A DNA stretch of 63,899 nucleotides, filler included, from Octopus bimaculoides (taxonomy: Eukaryota), in assembly GCF_001194135.2 (NCBI RefSeq). It is 7 parts of 6 records of this genome, joined end to end, with 100 filler letters (N's around TTAATTAATTAA, not from the genome) between each part and the next. Parts side by side here need not be neighbours in the genome. Positions count along the whole stretch, not along the records: positions 1 to 6,486 come from NC_068987.1; positions 6,587 to 12,670 come from NC_068986.1; 5 more parts are not named here. The stretch is one strand, 5' to 3'. The first letter of the stretch is position 1; every line of letters starts with the position of its first letter. The notes under the pieces are model-generated. The model did not search any database. It saw only the letters and a program-made list of their open reading frames with translations, and was not told the origin of the DNA. Below, one piece after another: positions 1 to 10,444 of the stretch. Position numbers and translations under genes: made by a program.

Positions 1-25
1 GTGTGTGTGTGTGTATATATATATG

Positions 26-64
<39 letters not shown>

Positions 65-1974
65 TACATTATTTACATTTGACGTATATTTGTCCTCAAA
101 CACAACATTAATAATAATAATGAGTGTATGGGTGTGTGTGTATGTGTGTGTGTGTATGTGTGTGTGTGTGTGTGTATGAATGTATGTGTGTATGTATATG
201 TATATACGTGTATATATACATGTTACCAGAGACAATGTCTGCCTTAACACATTCAAAAAAAAAAGCCAGCCAAATTTTCCTGAAATGACATCTCATCATA
301 TTATTAAAAATATAAAGAGGAAATATGGAATAATGTTGTTGTAGATATACACAATTTGAATAAAAAAACGTGATGGTCACAGCTGGAGATGAATGCATTA
401 AATAATATCATGCAACATACCCACTAAAAGCACCGGGTAGAGACAGCTGGAATACCTTTTGATATAAGAACTGTTCGACCAGGGCTGGTCTCGGACTGAT
501 CTAAAACATGTTTTGAGAGGGGGAATATGTATGCTTGGTCAAAATATTGGACAAGATAATTACAACTAGAATGCTTTTTTATGATAGGTTTGTGCAACCA
601 TGCTCGCATGGAGCTAAACAACAGGTTTAATTGATTTAATACCTGGAAATCATGCTCTTGGTTACGTGAAAAAAAGTGTTTAATTAGTTATGAAAAGTCT
701 CAGAACTTAGCCAGAGTTAATTATATGAATTCAATAAAATCTAATTATATAAATTTAATGAAAAGTACACAAGACATATATTTCATCACGTGATTAACGG
801 TGCCTTCATACCAGTTGCTCTTAATTTGCTCCGTAGCGCCCTTTTGGATGCATAGTGAGCTCAAAAGGGGGCGCTATGGGTATTCTGACCCTTGAAGGTC
901 GCGATTTTTCTGATATATATAAGCATTTAAACCAGGTATAATACTTATATTTTGATGACAATTTCAAAAAAAAGTTAAAAGTTATCGGGATAAAAATATG
1001 AATTAGATATTTTGTTATCAGAAACCAGAAATATTCTAGATTATATGAATATATATATATATATAGAAAAGAAATGGAGCAAAAATTAACAATGAGAAGT
1101 TGATCATATATATTATATTTATGCTTGTATGTATGTATATATATNNNNNNNNNNNNNNNNNNNNNNNNNNNNNNNNNNNNNNNNNNNNNNNNNNNNNNNN
1201 NNNNNNNNNNNNNNNNNNNNNNNNNNNNNNNNNNNNNNNNNNNNNNNNNNNNNNNNNNNNNNNNNNNNNNNNNNNNNNNNNNNNNNNNNNNNNNNNNNNN
1301 NNNNNNNNNNNNNNNNNNNNNNNNNNNNNNNNNNNNNNNNNNNNNNNNNNNNNNNNNNNNNNNNNNNNNNNNNNNNNNNNNNNNNNNNNNNNNNNNNNNN
1401 NNNNNNNNNNNNNNNNNNNNNNNNNNNNNNNNNNNNNNNNNNNNNNNNNNNNNNNNNNNNNNNNNNNNNNNNNNNNNNNNNNNNNNNNNNNNNNNNNNNN
1501 NNNNNNNNNNNNNNNNNNNNNNNNNNNNNNNNNNNNNNNNNNNNNNNNNNNNNNNNNNNNNNNNNNNNNNNNNNNNNNNNNNNNNNNNNNNNNNNNNNNN
1601 NNNNNNNNNNNNNNNNNNNNNNNNNNNNNNNNNNNNNNNNNNNNNNNNNNNNNNNNNNNNNNNNNNNNNNNNNNNNNNNNNNNNNNNNNNNNNNNNNNNN
1701 NNNNNNNNNNNNNNNNNNNNNNNNNNNNNNNNNNNNNNNNNNNNNNNNNNNNNNNNNNNNNNNNNNNNNNNNNNNNNNNNNNNNNNNNNNNNNNNNNNNN
1801 NNNNNNNNNNNNNNNNNNNNNNNNNNNNNNNNNNNNNNNNNNNNNNNNNNNNNNNNNNNNNNNNNNNNNNNNNNNNNNNNNNNNNNNNNNNNNNNNNNNN
1901 NNNNNNNNNTATATATATATATATATATATGGAACTGAATTAGAATAGACTAGTCGGCCAGAGAACCGTCTTAC

Positions 1975-2040
1975 CATTTGTACAAAGTTAATTTGTAATC
2001 TTTTAGTGCAGCAGATTTCAGCTATATGTTGTTGCAGAAC
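1975..2040 (-). CDS. Weak candidate exon (66 nt), possibly the 3' end of the minus-strand gene
   Basis: Acceptor tgtatag|G and donor ATG|gtaaga. Frame 0 is open (VLQQHIAEICCTKRLQINFVQM); the frame continuing from the 2408-2520 candidate gives RFCNNI*. No homology recognised. Confidence 0.25.
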
Positions 2041-2407
2041 CTATACATAATTTCACAAAAATTCATTAGCCCATATCTATATTTTAACCTCGTGCTTATA
2101 TTTACCACATATCCATATTTTTCCATGTTTATATGTTACCCCATACCTACGTATATTATTTCCCATATCTATATTCTGACCCAATACTTATATTTTCATG
2201 GAATAAATTTTCATAAAATTTAATTCACAGCCATATGTGATTTTTTTTTACTTCTCTGAAGCCTTATTCAACTCCATATCTAGCCGAACCCCATAACATA
2301 CTGATCCCAAGGCGTACTCCCAAGTCTCGCCAGTATGTCTACTCATTAGGCTTCAACCGCAGGAATGTTATATAAACCATTGGCCTACACAACACAAAAT
2401 GCATTAC

Positions 2408-2520
2408 CGTAACATATCAAACACAAGTTGATGAAGTCTCCTCTTCAAGGAATTCTCAGCTTTCAAGTTTGGATTATACTTTTGACGCATAATACGACCT
2501 CTGGTTTCGTTTAATAATTT
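2408..2520 (-). CDS. Candidate exon (113 nt), KLLNETRGRIMRQKYNPNLKAENSLKRRLHQLVFDML
   Basis: Open frame with protein-like composition and donor ACG|gtaatg. The acceptor (ggcataatag|) lacks a good pyrimidine tract. Confidence 0.3.
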
Positions 2521-3744
2521 CTATTATGCCAATTGCAGTTGAGTGAAACTTGTCTTTATGTCAAGTTTTATATAAAAACAATTTAACTTCAAACTGAAGG
2601 ATTGCTCAATATTTTTAGAAGATTACACGTTTTCTAAACTTTTACGAGGAAACAATTGACAGTAACTTCGAAGTTTCGGCTTTCGTACCATNNNNNNNNN
2701 NNNNNNNNNNNNNNNNNNNNNNNNNNNNNNNNNNNNNNNNNNNNNNNNNNNNNNNNNNNNNNNNNNNNNNNNNNNNNNNNNNNNNNNNNNNNNNNNNNNN
2801 NNNNNNNNNNNNNNNNNNNNNNNNNNNNNNNNNNNNNNNNNNNNNNNNNNNNNNNNNNNNNNNNNNNNNNNNNNNNNNNNNNNNNNNNNNNNNNNNNNNN
2901 NNNNNNNNNNNNNNNNNNNNNNNNNNNATATATATATATGCATAAATATATAGATTTAAATATATATTACGTATATACACACATATATACACACACGCAT
3001 ACATACAGACAGACAGACATAGATGTGCACGCGTACATACACGTACACACAAACATGTACATATACAAAACATCATATGGCTTATGCGATGAGATATGAA
3101 ATGGTTTTGACCACGAACGCAATGTCGAGCTGGTGACGGGATTCTAGCCACCGACGCTCCGCCTTCTAACTCGATACACTGTCGACACTCGTCAGCTGGC
3201 AACCAACATTAATGTCTTTACAGACACGTGTTTAAGCAGTGCACAGGTGTTTGTACGTGAATGGAAGTTTATAATTGATTGAGTATATATTATGTGCGTG
3301 TACGAGTGTTGTGTGTATGTATGTATGTATGTATGTATGGTTGGATGGATGGATGGATGGATGGATGAATTTATGTATGTACATTTGTATGTCTATGCTT
3401 GTATGTATGTGTGTGTGTATGTGTGTGTGTGGAGATTGTGTTTGTATGTAAAACAATCACCCAGAGTAAATGATTTTCTACTAGTCTATTATATCTGGTA
3501 TGTGTAATTATACCTCTGCCTGTGTGTCCGTTCCTCTGCCTTACGTGTTCGTTTCTTTGCGTTTGCGTGAGTGCTTGTGTTTCTGTGGGGAGGGGACAGG
3601 GGAGGGGTGCGTGTACTAGAAATATTGTCAATTGTATACCAGAAAAAAAAAAATCTATAGTTCTTGTGATTGCATATACTGTGTCAATTAACACTTGCTA
3701 CTCCACAAACACGCACACACCTATGCATCACGTACGCACGTCCG

Positions 3745-3809
<65 letters not shown>

Positions 3810-4284
3810 NNNNNNNNNNNNNNNNNNNNNNNNNNNNNNNNNNNNNNNNNNNNNNNNNNNNNNNNNNNNNNNNNNNNNNNNNNNNNNNNNNNNNNNNNNN
3901 NNNNNNNNNNNNNNNNNNNNNNNNNNNNNNNNNNNNNNNNNNNNNNNNNNNNNNNNNNNNNNNNNNNNNNNNNNNNNNNNNNNNNNNNNNNNNNNNNNNN
4001 NNNNNNNNNNNNNNNNNNNNNNNNNNNNNNNNNNNNNNNNNNNNNNNNNNNNNNNNNNNNNNNNNNNNNNNNNNNNNNNNNNNNNNNNNNNNNNNNNNNN
4101 NNNNNNNNNNNNNNNNNNNNNNNNNNNNNNNNNNNNNNNNNNNNNNNNNNNNNNNNNNNNNNNNNNNNNNNNNNNNNNNNNNNNNNNNNNNNNNNNNNNN
4201 NNNNNNNNNNNNNNNNNNNNNNNNNNNNNNNNNNNNNNNNNNNNNNNNNNNNNNNNNNNNNNNNNNNNNNNNNNNNNNNATATA

Positions 4285-4318
<34 letters not shown>

Positions 4319-4439
4319 AATATATCCATATATCCATACATATATGTACATACCTACATATATATGTATGTATACATGCATATATGGGTACAGGACATCA
4401 CAAAAAAATAGAGAAACGAGACATGCAACATAAAGAGTA

Positions 4440-5110
4440 TTCCCCTTCGTCAGTTGTCCTTGTTTCATTTACTCCGCGTTTCGAAGGCAAGGACAATATG
4501 CGACTTCGTTGAAACAGTCCTTCCCGCAAAGCAATTTAAATAAAATTTGGGATTTTTTGCGGAGGGTGAAAGTATTAACAAGAACAGGACTGTGAGAACA
4601 AGACAGTAAAAACAAACGGTGAAGGCTGTTGAGCCAAGACGAGAGAAAAATTATGAACGCTAGGTAGACGAGCTATGAGAGAAGACAGGAAAAAGCACGT
4701 CTTTTTTTAGGAAGGAAGTGGACAGAAAGAGAGATCTCTTTTCGTTACGTGTCAGCGACTAGAGAGTCAAGGAGGAAGAGTGAAAGAGAGAGGGAACGGT
4801 GAAAGGGAGAGAAGAATAGGGAAAGGGCGGGAGAGAAAAACAGAAAGGATGAAAGACAAGAGAGGGAGAGAGATAGACAGAGAAGAGATAGTAGAAGAGT
4901 GCACATCGTAAATCGAATAATCGAACATTAAAAACTATAATAACAAAACAACAAGGGGACGTGTGCACGGAATGTATTAGTTACGCGCTCGGTAAATGTG
5001 GAAAAAAAGAGAGGGTTTTTGACGTTTCCAGCATAGCTCTTCGTCAGAAAGGAAACGGATAAGTCTAGAGAAGGGAAAATATCACCAACAGCACGTGTGT
5101 GGTTACATAA
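4440..5110 (-). mobile_element. Interspersed repeat carrying a minimal hammerhead-like motif; Penelope-like pseudo-LTR remnant
   Basis: Minus strand at 5016-5052 reads cttt-CTGACGA-a-gagc-tat-gctg-GAAAC-GTC-aaaaa. The Penelope assignment rests on the known association of such motifs with PLEs; boundaries approximate. Confidence 0.45.
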
Positions 5111-5144
5111 CTGAATGTGTGTGTGTGTGTGCCTACCCATTACA

Positions 5145-6085
5145 ATGGTCTATCAAGTGGAAACTAGCAGAGGCGGTGAGAAATTAGTTGATGATGATCT
5201 TAACTTTGTTTATGGGATAGATAGAAAATACGGTGAAAAAACATATAAGAAATGTGAAAATAGAGAATGGTACTTTTAAATGCAGCCCAGATATATATTA
5301 TCAGTTGTTCACGTCACATATTGTCATACGAAATATTAGCATGCCATGTCTTTATGTTTTGCTGCCTAATAAATCACAAGTAACGTACAGACGGCTTTTT
5401 AGCGCTTTGAAGGACTTACACCCGTCATTAGAGCCCGAAACCTTAATAATTGATTTCCAGAAAGCAATTATCAATGCTTTCTGTGATATATTTCCAACAA
5501 CAAATATTACAGGTTGTTTATTTCGTATGGTTAAGAATATCTATCACCACATTGTGGATTTAGGTTTAAAGTCTCGCTATCAAACAGACGCAGAATTTAA
5601 CAACAAAATCAAATGCTTCACTGCATTAGCATTTCTTCCAGTTTGCGATGTTATTGATGGTTTTCTTGAACTAACTGATGATGATGGTCTGCCCCAAGAA
5701 TTTGTATCATAGTTTGAAACTCACTATATAGGAGGAGAACGAGGTTGAGGCGAGCGAAGACAAAGAATGCAGCCAACTTTTCATATTGAATTGTGCAATG
5801 TTTTCGAAAGAACCCACAAAAATATGATGAGAACAAACAACAGCATAAGGCTGCACATACTTTTATTAAAAGTTTGAAAAGTGTTTCCGGATCTTTTTAT
5901 AATACAAAATATACAAGTTTCCGGATCTTTTTATAACACAAAATATACAAGTATACGAAGTTTGAAAGTGTTTCGGTACGAAAAACACTACATAAAACAT
6001 TAATGAAAAATGTTGCCCGTCAAACCAAAAAGATTCGTGTTTCCGTATATCGAACTTATATCGCTCGACTAGCTTATATTTCTTT
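5145..6085 (+). mobile_element. Degenerate, internally deleted Mutator-like (MULE) transposase
   Basis: MVYQVETSRGGEKLVDDDLNFVY...TYKKCENR (FLYWCH-like start) abuts, in another frame, NGTFKCSPDIYYQLFTSH...PCLYVLLPNKS..TYRRLF..IIDFQKAIINAF...FP...ITGCLFRMVKNIY...LGL...ALAFLP...*FETHYIG...RTNNSI, the MULE transposase pattern. DGTF is now NGTF, DFE is DFQ, CxxH is CLFR, and there are in-frame stops. Confidence 0.9.
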
Positions 6086-6096
6086 CTTTCTTCATT

Positions 6097-6162
<66 letters not shown>

Positions 6163-6285
6163 TTCCTTCCTTCCTTTCTTCCTTCCTTTCTTTCTTTCTT
6201 TCATTCTTTCTTTTTTATTTCTTTCTCTCTTTCTTTTCTTCTTTTACCTTTCATACTTTCTTTTTCCTTTTTCTCTTTCTTTCTT
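6085..6285. repeat. (TTTC)n/(TTCC)n microsatellite
   Basis: Seen directly; source of the RKKE/FFLS pseudo-ORFs. Confidence 0.95.
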
Positions 6286-6486
6286 NNNNNNNNNNGTATG
6301 TATGTATGTATGTATGTATGTTGCAGCTTAACAACATCTTTGTTATTCATTCTGTTGTTGCGTACAAAAGAATTAATAAATAATACGTTTCGGTAAAACT
6401 GAGTCGATTCAATCAACCAGCTACCCCTATTTTCCGCACAACACCAAAAATATATGGCTTTTTGTCAGAGTTATCAGAGCTATATA

Positions 6487-6586
6487 NNNNNNNNNNNNNN
6501 NNNNNNNNNNNNNNNNNNNNNNNNNNNNNNTTAATTAATTAANNNNNNNNNNNNNNNNNNNNNNNNNNNNNNNNNNNNNNNNNNNN
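6487..6586. other. Assembly spacer: 44 N + TTAATTAATTAA + 44 N
   Basis: The identical 100-bp layout recurs at 12671-12770, 20641-20740, 33617-33716, 40205-40304 and 61284-61383. The 12-mer gives stops in all six frames. Confidence 0.95.
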
Positions 6587-7520
6587 CCCGCTTCATTCTG
6601 TCTTTTTCTTGCTGGCCAGCGATTGAGCATGGACGTGTTTAGCTGTCTCTCTCCATCTTTCGAACTTACGCTCGACAGCTCGCTTACATCTACATACCAA
6701 CGTCCCAACAACAATGCTCACACACACAGAAGCTGTAACAACAGACAAGAGCTAAAGATGTATATATTTACCACCTGAATAAATGTTGTTTGTGTTGATA
6801 GTCTGGAGTTCAGCGTTCCGTTATATTCTTAATTTTATATAGGAAAGTCAGGTATACATCTAATGATGTATAACCCACTTTCCTATAAAAGTTTCCACGT
6901 TCATTTCATATTTCTCCGAGAAATTTCATCTTGATAATTAAAAAATTGTTTCTTAAAAGTAAACACAATCACGTGTCAGGTGTGTGTCTTTTCTACAGCA
7001 TGACAACTGTTTCTATTCTTTTTATTATACTTTATCCTCTTACCACCCGGCATAAATCCATTTACTACATTCTCACTTGTGCTTTACAGGTTATGTATAT
7101 TGGGGAAGGAGATATAATGTGATAATGCAACCTCTGCACATAACTGCCAACATACCGTAAGCAATCTTTTGTAAGTTTGAACCAACAAACTGTGATATTT
7201 TAGCTTGTTTTCAATATTTTATCATTAGTAACCGATCTTCTGTCTAGTAGAGTTATGCTTGTCTGGCTCCCTAGCCTACAACACTTGGTCTCCCATTCAT
7301 AATACGGTCACATTAGACGCAAGACAATTTTTTTTGATAAATCTAAAAATATGAAGAAGAAAAAAAGCCATCTTATACGCCAGAAGATACAGTAATTTTG
7401 CTTGTTGCTGGGGTGACTTAGCCTTTCGTTGCACCAGAATAGATAAAATAAGTTCTAATAATATATTGGTTTTAATACAATTTGTTATAATAACCACTAT
7501 CTTGTAAATATTCTTCACAT

Positions 7521-8097
7521 TAGTACAAAGAGCAGGAGTTTAAACTGAAGACCTGAAATTCGTCCAAGAACCACTCAGACAATAACTGTACTAACCAAAC
7601 TCAAATCAATATGGAGATTTAAGAACATCACCATGAGCATCAAAATCAGACTCTCGCGTGCACTGGTGCTTTTCACATTCCTGTACTCGCGCGAGATATA
7701 AAGCTCTCACGGCATAGATTCAAAGGAAAATACCGGCATTAGAAATGAGAAGCTACTGCAGCATTTTAAGCATTTTGTACTAAGGCTACATCTCGAATGA
7801 GCAGGTTCTTGAAACCATCCAGCATTACATTGGTTCCTGTGAAGATCTCACAACGGCATAGAAAAGAAAAGCTAAGACTATTTGACCATATAACAAAATC
7901 CAATGATCTTGCAAAAACTATTCTTTAAAATAAACTGTAGAAGGAGGAAAGGTGGACAGAAAACCTCAAGGAATGAGCGAGCAAATCGGAGCTCTGACTC
8001 ACTACTACGACAAATGGAAGAAATTGCTGTTCGCTTTGTCACGACGACACCACTTACGACCCCATTGGTAGTTGAGGGGCCCAAAGAAAAAGAAGAC
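7521..8097 (+). mobile_element. 5'-truncated RTE-clade LINE fragment (RT C-terminus and 3' end)
   Basis: QTITVLTKLKSIWRFKNITMSIKIRLSRALVLFTFLYSREI*, then RRRKGGQKTS...DSLLRQMEE; matches the RTE ORF C-terminal pattern. Stops, frameshifts and a short A/GAA-rich tail. Confidence 0.85.
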
Positions 8098-8214
8098 AAG
8101 TACAGGGGTAAAGCCGATAGAATCAATTTGTGTTCATATCTCGTACTTATTTACTTCATAAGGATGGATGGCTAAATGGGATTTAAAACTCAGATTATAG
8201 AAGTAAGGTAAGGT

Positions 8215-8447
8215 AAAGTTACCTTCTCGAGTCATACCAGGGTCCTTTTGCGGCGTATATATTCCCCACCTGGACGAGACGCCGGTCTGTTGCAGGATTA
8301 CTCATTTTTCCTAACTGAGTGGACTGGAGCAACGTAAAATGAAGTGTTTTGCTCAAAACCACAGCGTGTTGCCCGGTCCAGGAATCGAAACCATAATCTT
8401 ACGATCATGAGCCCAACACCCTAACCACTAAGCCACGCGTCTCCACA
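8215..8447 (-). mobile_element. tRNA-head SINE, family C
   Basis: Minus strand gtggagacgcgtggcttagtggttagggtgttgg (A box)...ggtttcgattcc (B box)...ttttgagcaaaacacttcattttacgttgctccagtccactcag. Partial copies at about 9140-9210(+), 38580-38650(-), 53680-53735(-), 56955-57150(+) and 61568-61665(+). Confidence 0.85.
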
Positions 8448-10264
8448 AATAATAGAAGTGGTAAAGTACAAGATCGAAAGATATCTAGTTTGGCAAAGTT
8501 CCACTTTTCCTCTTTAAAGTATCTTCCTGTATATTAAATAATTATCTGAAAAGTTAAGAAAATTTAGAGAGATGATACATGTTCATCATCGATTTTTCCA
8601 GAACATTAATGATTGCAAAGCTTTTCTGGATTGCTGATTTTTCCGAACCAGGAGTGGTTGCCTTGGTCAACACACTCTAAATTAAACAAATATTAAATTT
8701 AGTGAAATAATTAAATGAAATATAGTTGCCCGTACATAAGTATAAATGTTATAAGTTTATTAATACTGTATTATGCAAAGTTCTAGTTTGTGCAAGTTAC
8801 CTGTAAACTAGTCTGGCAGCCGCGGCAATTTGTTGTTCCCGCTTGTCAACTAATGCGGATTATGAAAGGTTCTAGACTGTCAGTATCCGGAAAATCGGTG
8901 CTGACCTGTACAAAACCCAAAAGTGAAAATAAAATAAAACTAAAAACGAAGAAAAGAAAAAGAACTCAGTACACTTTTTTGTTTCGTCCTCGATTTTGAT
9001 TTTCAAATCTCGCCGAAGCCTACTTTGCCTCTGATAGTAGCAGAGTGTATAAAATGTCCAACTAATATATTAGTTTCGATTCATTCAACTGTTCCTTAAC
9101 TTCAAAAATTATTCCTGCTCATTTGACTTTTTATGTCAAGTGACCGGGCAACACGTTGTGGTCTTGAGCAAAACACTTCATTTCACGTTGCTCCAGTCCA
9201 CTCAGTAAAAAAGCATTAATAACATAATTTCCCTAGGTTTGTGCCGAAGTATGAAAGTGTTGTCTTAATCTAGTTATTGGGGATGTGGTTTATGACATAA
9301 ATTAAGACTAGTTTACTTTTCTTAGGTTTTATTCATCGTTTAACGAAATATATAGTGTTTGATACAAACAGAAAGAGGGCCTCAAAGCGAGGTTGAATCA
9401 TAATAACACAACAAATGTGAGAGGCTACGTTAGGTGTATAATTGTAGCTTCTTAAACTTCAGTTTCAGATGAAGTGGCTACAGTTGGATATTGAAAGCAG
9501 ATTGAATTTAATGGAATTCCTATCTACCTTGCAGACATTGCTGCTGGTAGGAAAAATCTTGCTTTCATTTAAGATACGATGTCCTATGAACCTGAGAGTT
9601 GAGAAATGTATGTTTGTAACAGTCATACATTTCCCCAAAACAGTGAAAATTAACTGCATCGATATTATATTGCAACCAACGAAGCAAGCAGGTTGCAGTT
9701 TAGGATACCAGAGGCCTTTCTCTAACTGTATGACGCTTACTACTTCAACAAGGAAAATAAATTTTTCGATCAGACAGAAAGATTGATACACTTAAGAGAG
9801 AGAAAAACAATTGTTTTTATGCCCATCCCTTTCCAATGACATTTAATGATTCGAATACTGCAACAGGACTCCGTTCGATAGGAAGTTTTCATTTGAAGTA
9901 TTGATTTCTTTTGGCAAAGTAGAAGGCCAATAGTCGATTTAATCAATCCTTGTGTTTTAATCGTTATTTATTTTATTGACATCAATAAGATTTGAACTTA
10001 AAATGTAGAGAGACAAAATTAAATACTGTAAAGTATTTTATCTGATCTTCTACTATTTCGACTAACTTACCGCCTTCTTTATTTAGAGAATGACCAATTA
10101 GGAACGGAAGTAGTACAATGGTGCTATTAAATATTCAAATTACAATACACTGTCTCTTTAGGTGTCAATGAATAGGTGCCATTACCACAATGTTTGAATA
10201 GATGTTAATCTAAGTGTGACATCAACTTGAATTATTAGTAGTCGTTTAGCAGATGTAACAAATA

Positions 10265-10444
10265 CCATTTCGTTCAGATGTTTAGAAAGAAATATTGCTT
10301 GTTGAACATTAATTGAAAAGTTTCACTTTGAGAAACATCATTCACTTGCAGCAGAACTGTCTGGAACATTGAGAACAACCCGATTAATTCATGTCAGAAG
10401 CGGTAGAGAAGAAATCGCTTCTCTTCTGACGAGCAAAATAATAC
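10265..10444 (-). mobile_element. Degenerate hAT transposase C-terminal dimerisation-domain fragment
   Basis: LPLLT*INRVVLNVPDSSAASE*CFSK*NFSINVQQAIFLSKHL resembles the hAT P-x-SSA-x-SER-x-FS motif followed by the ..lIFL..nL tail; stops fall at positions expected to be Arg. Confidence 0.65.

Noticed and set aside
821-880. GC-rich hairpin tagcgcccttttg...caaaagggggcgcta as a Helitron end or terminator
   Set aside because: Imperfect, with no CTRR terminus at the expected distance; probably internal to an unidentified repeat.
3184-3200. CTGACGAG on the minus strand as a hammerhead core
   Set aside because: No GAAA partner or stem II follows.
6531-6542. TTAATTAATTAA recurring six times, as a possible regulatory or recombination site
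   Set aside because: Always centred in exactly 44 N on each side; it is a synthetic six-frame-stop gap spacer.
8390-8447. tRNA genes at SINE heads (also near 56510, 56140, 60610)
   Set aside because: They have A/B-box-like motifs but no complete cloverleaf and continue into repeat bodies; these are SINE heads.
8801-8905. Minus-strand 105-nt exon-like segment with strong splice sites and a single in-frame TGA (possible Sec or edited stop)
   Set aside because: All three frames contain stops, no selenoprotein motif or SECIS is recognisable, and the start (tacaggtcagcaccgattttccgg) resembles a pogo-type TIR.
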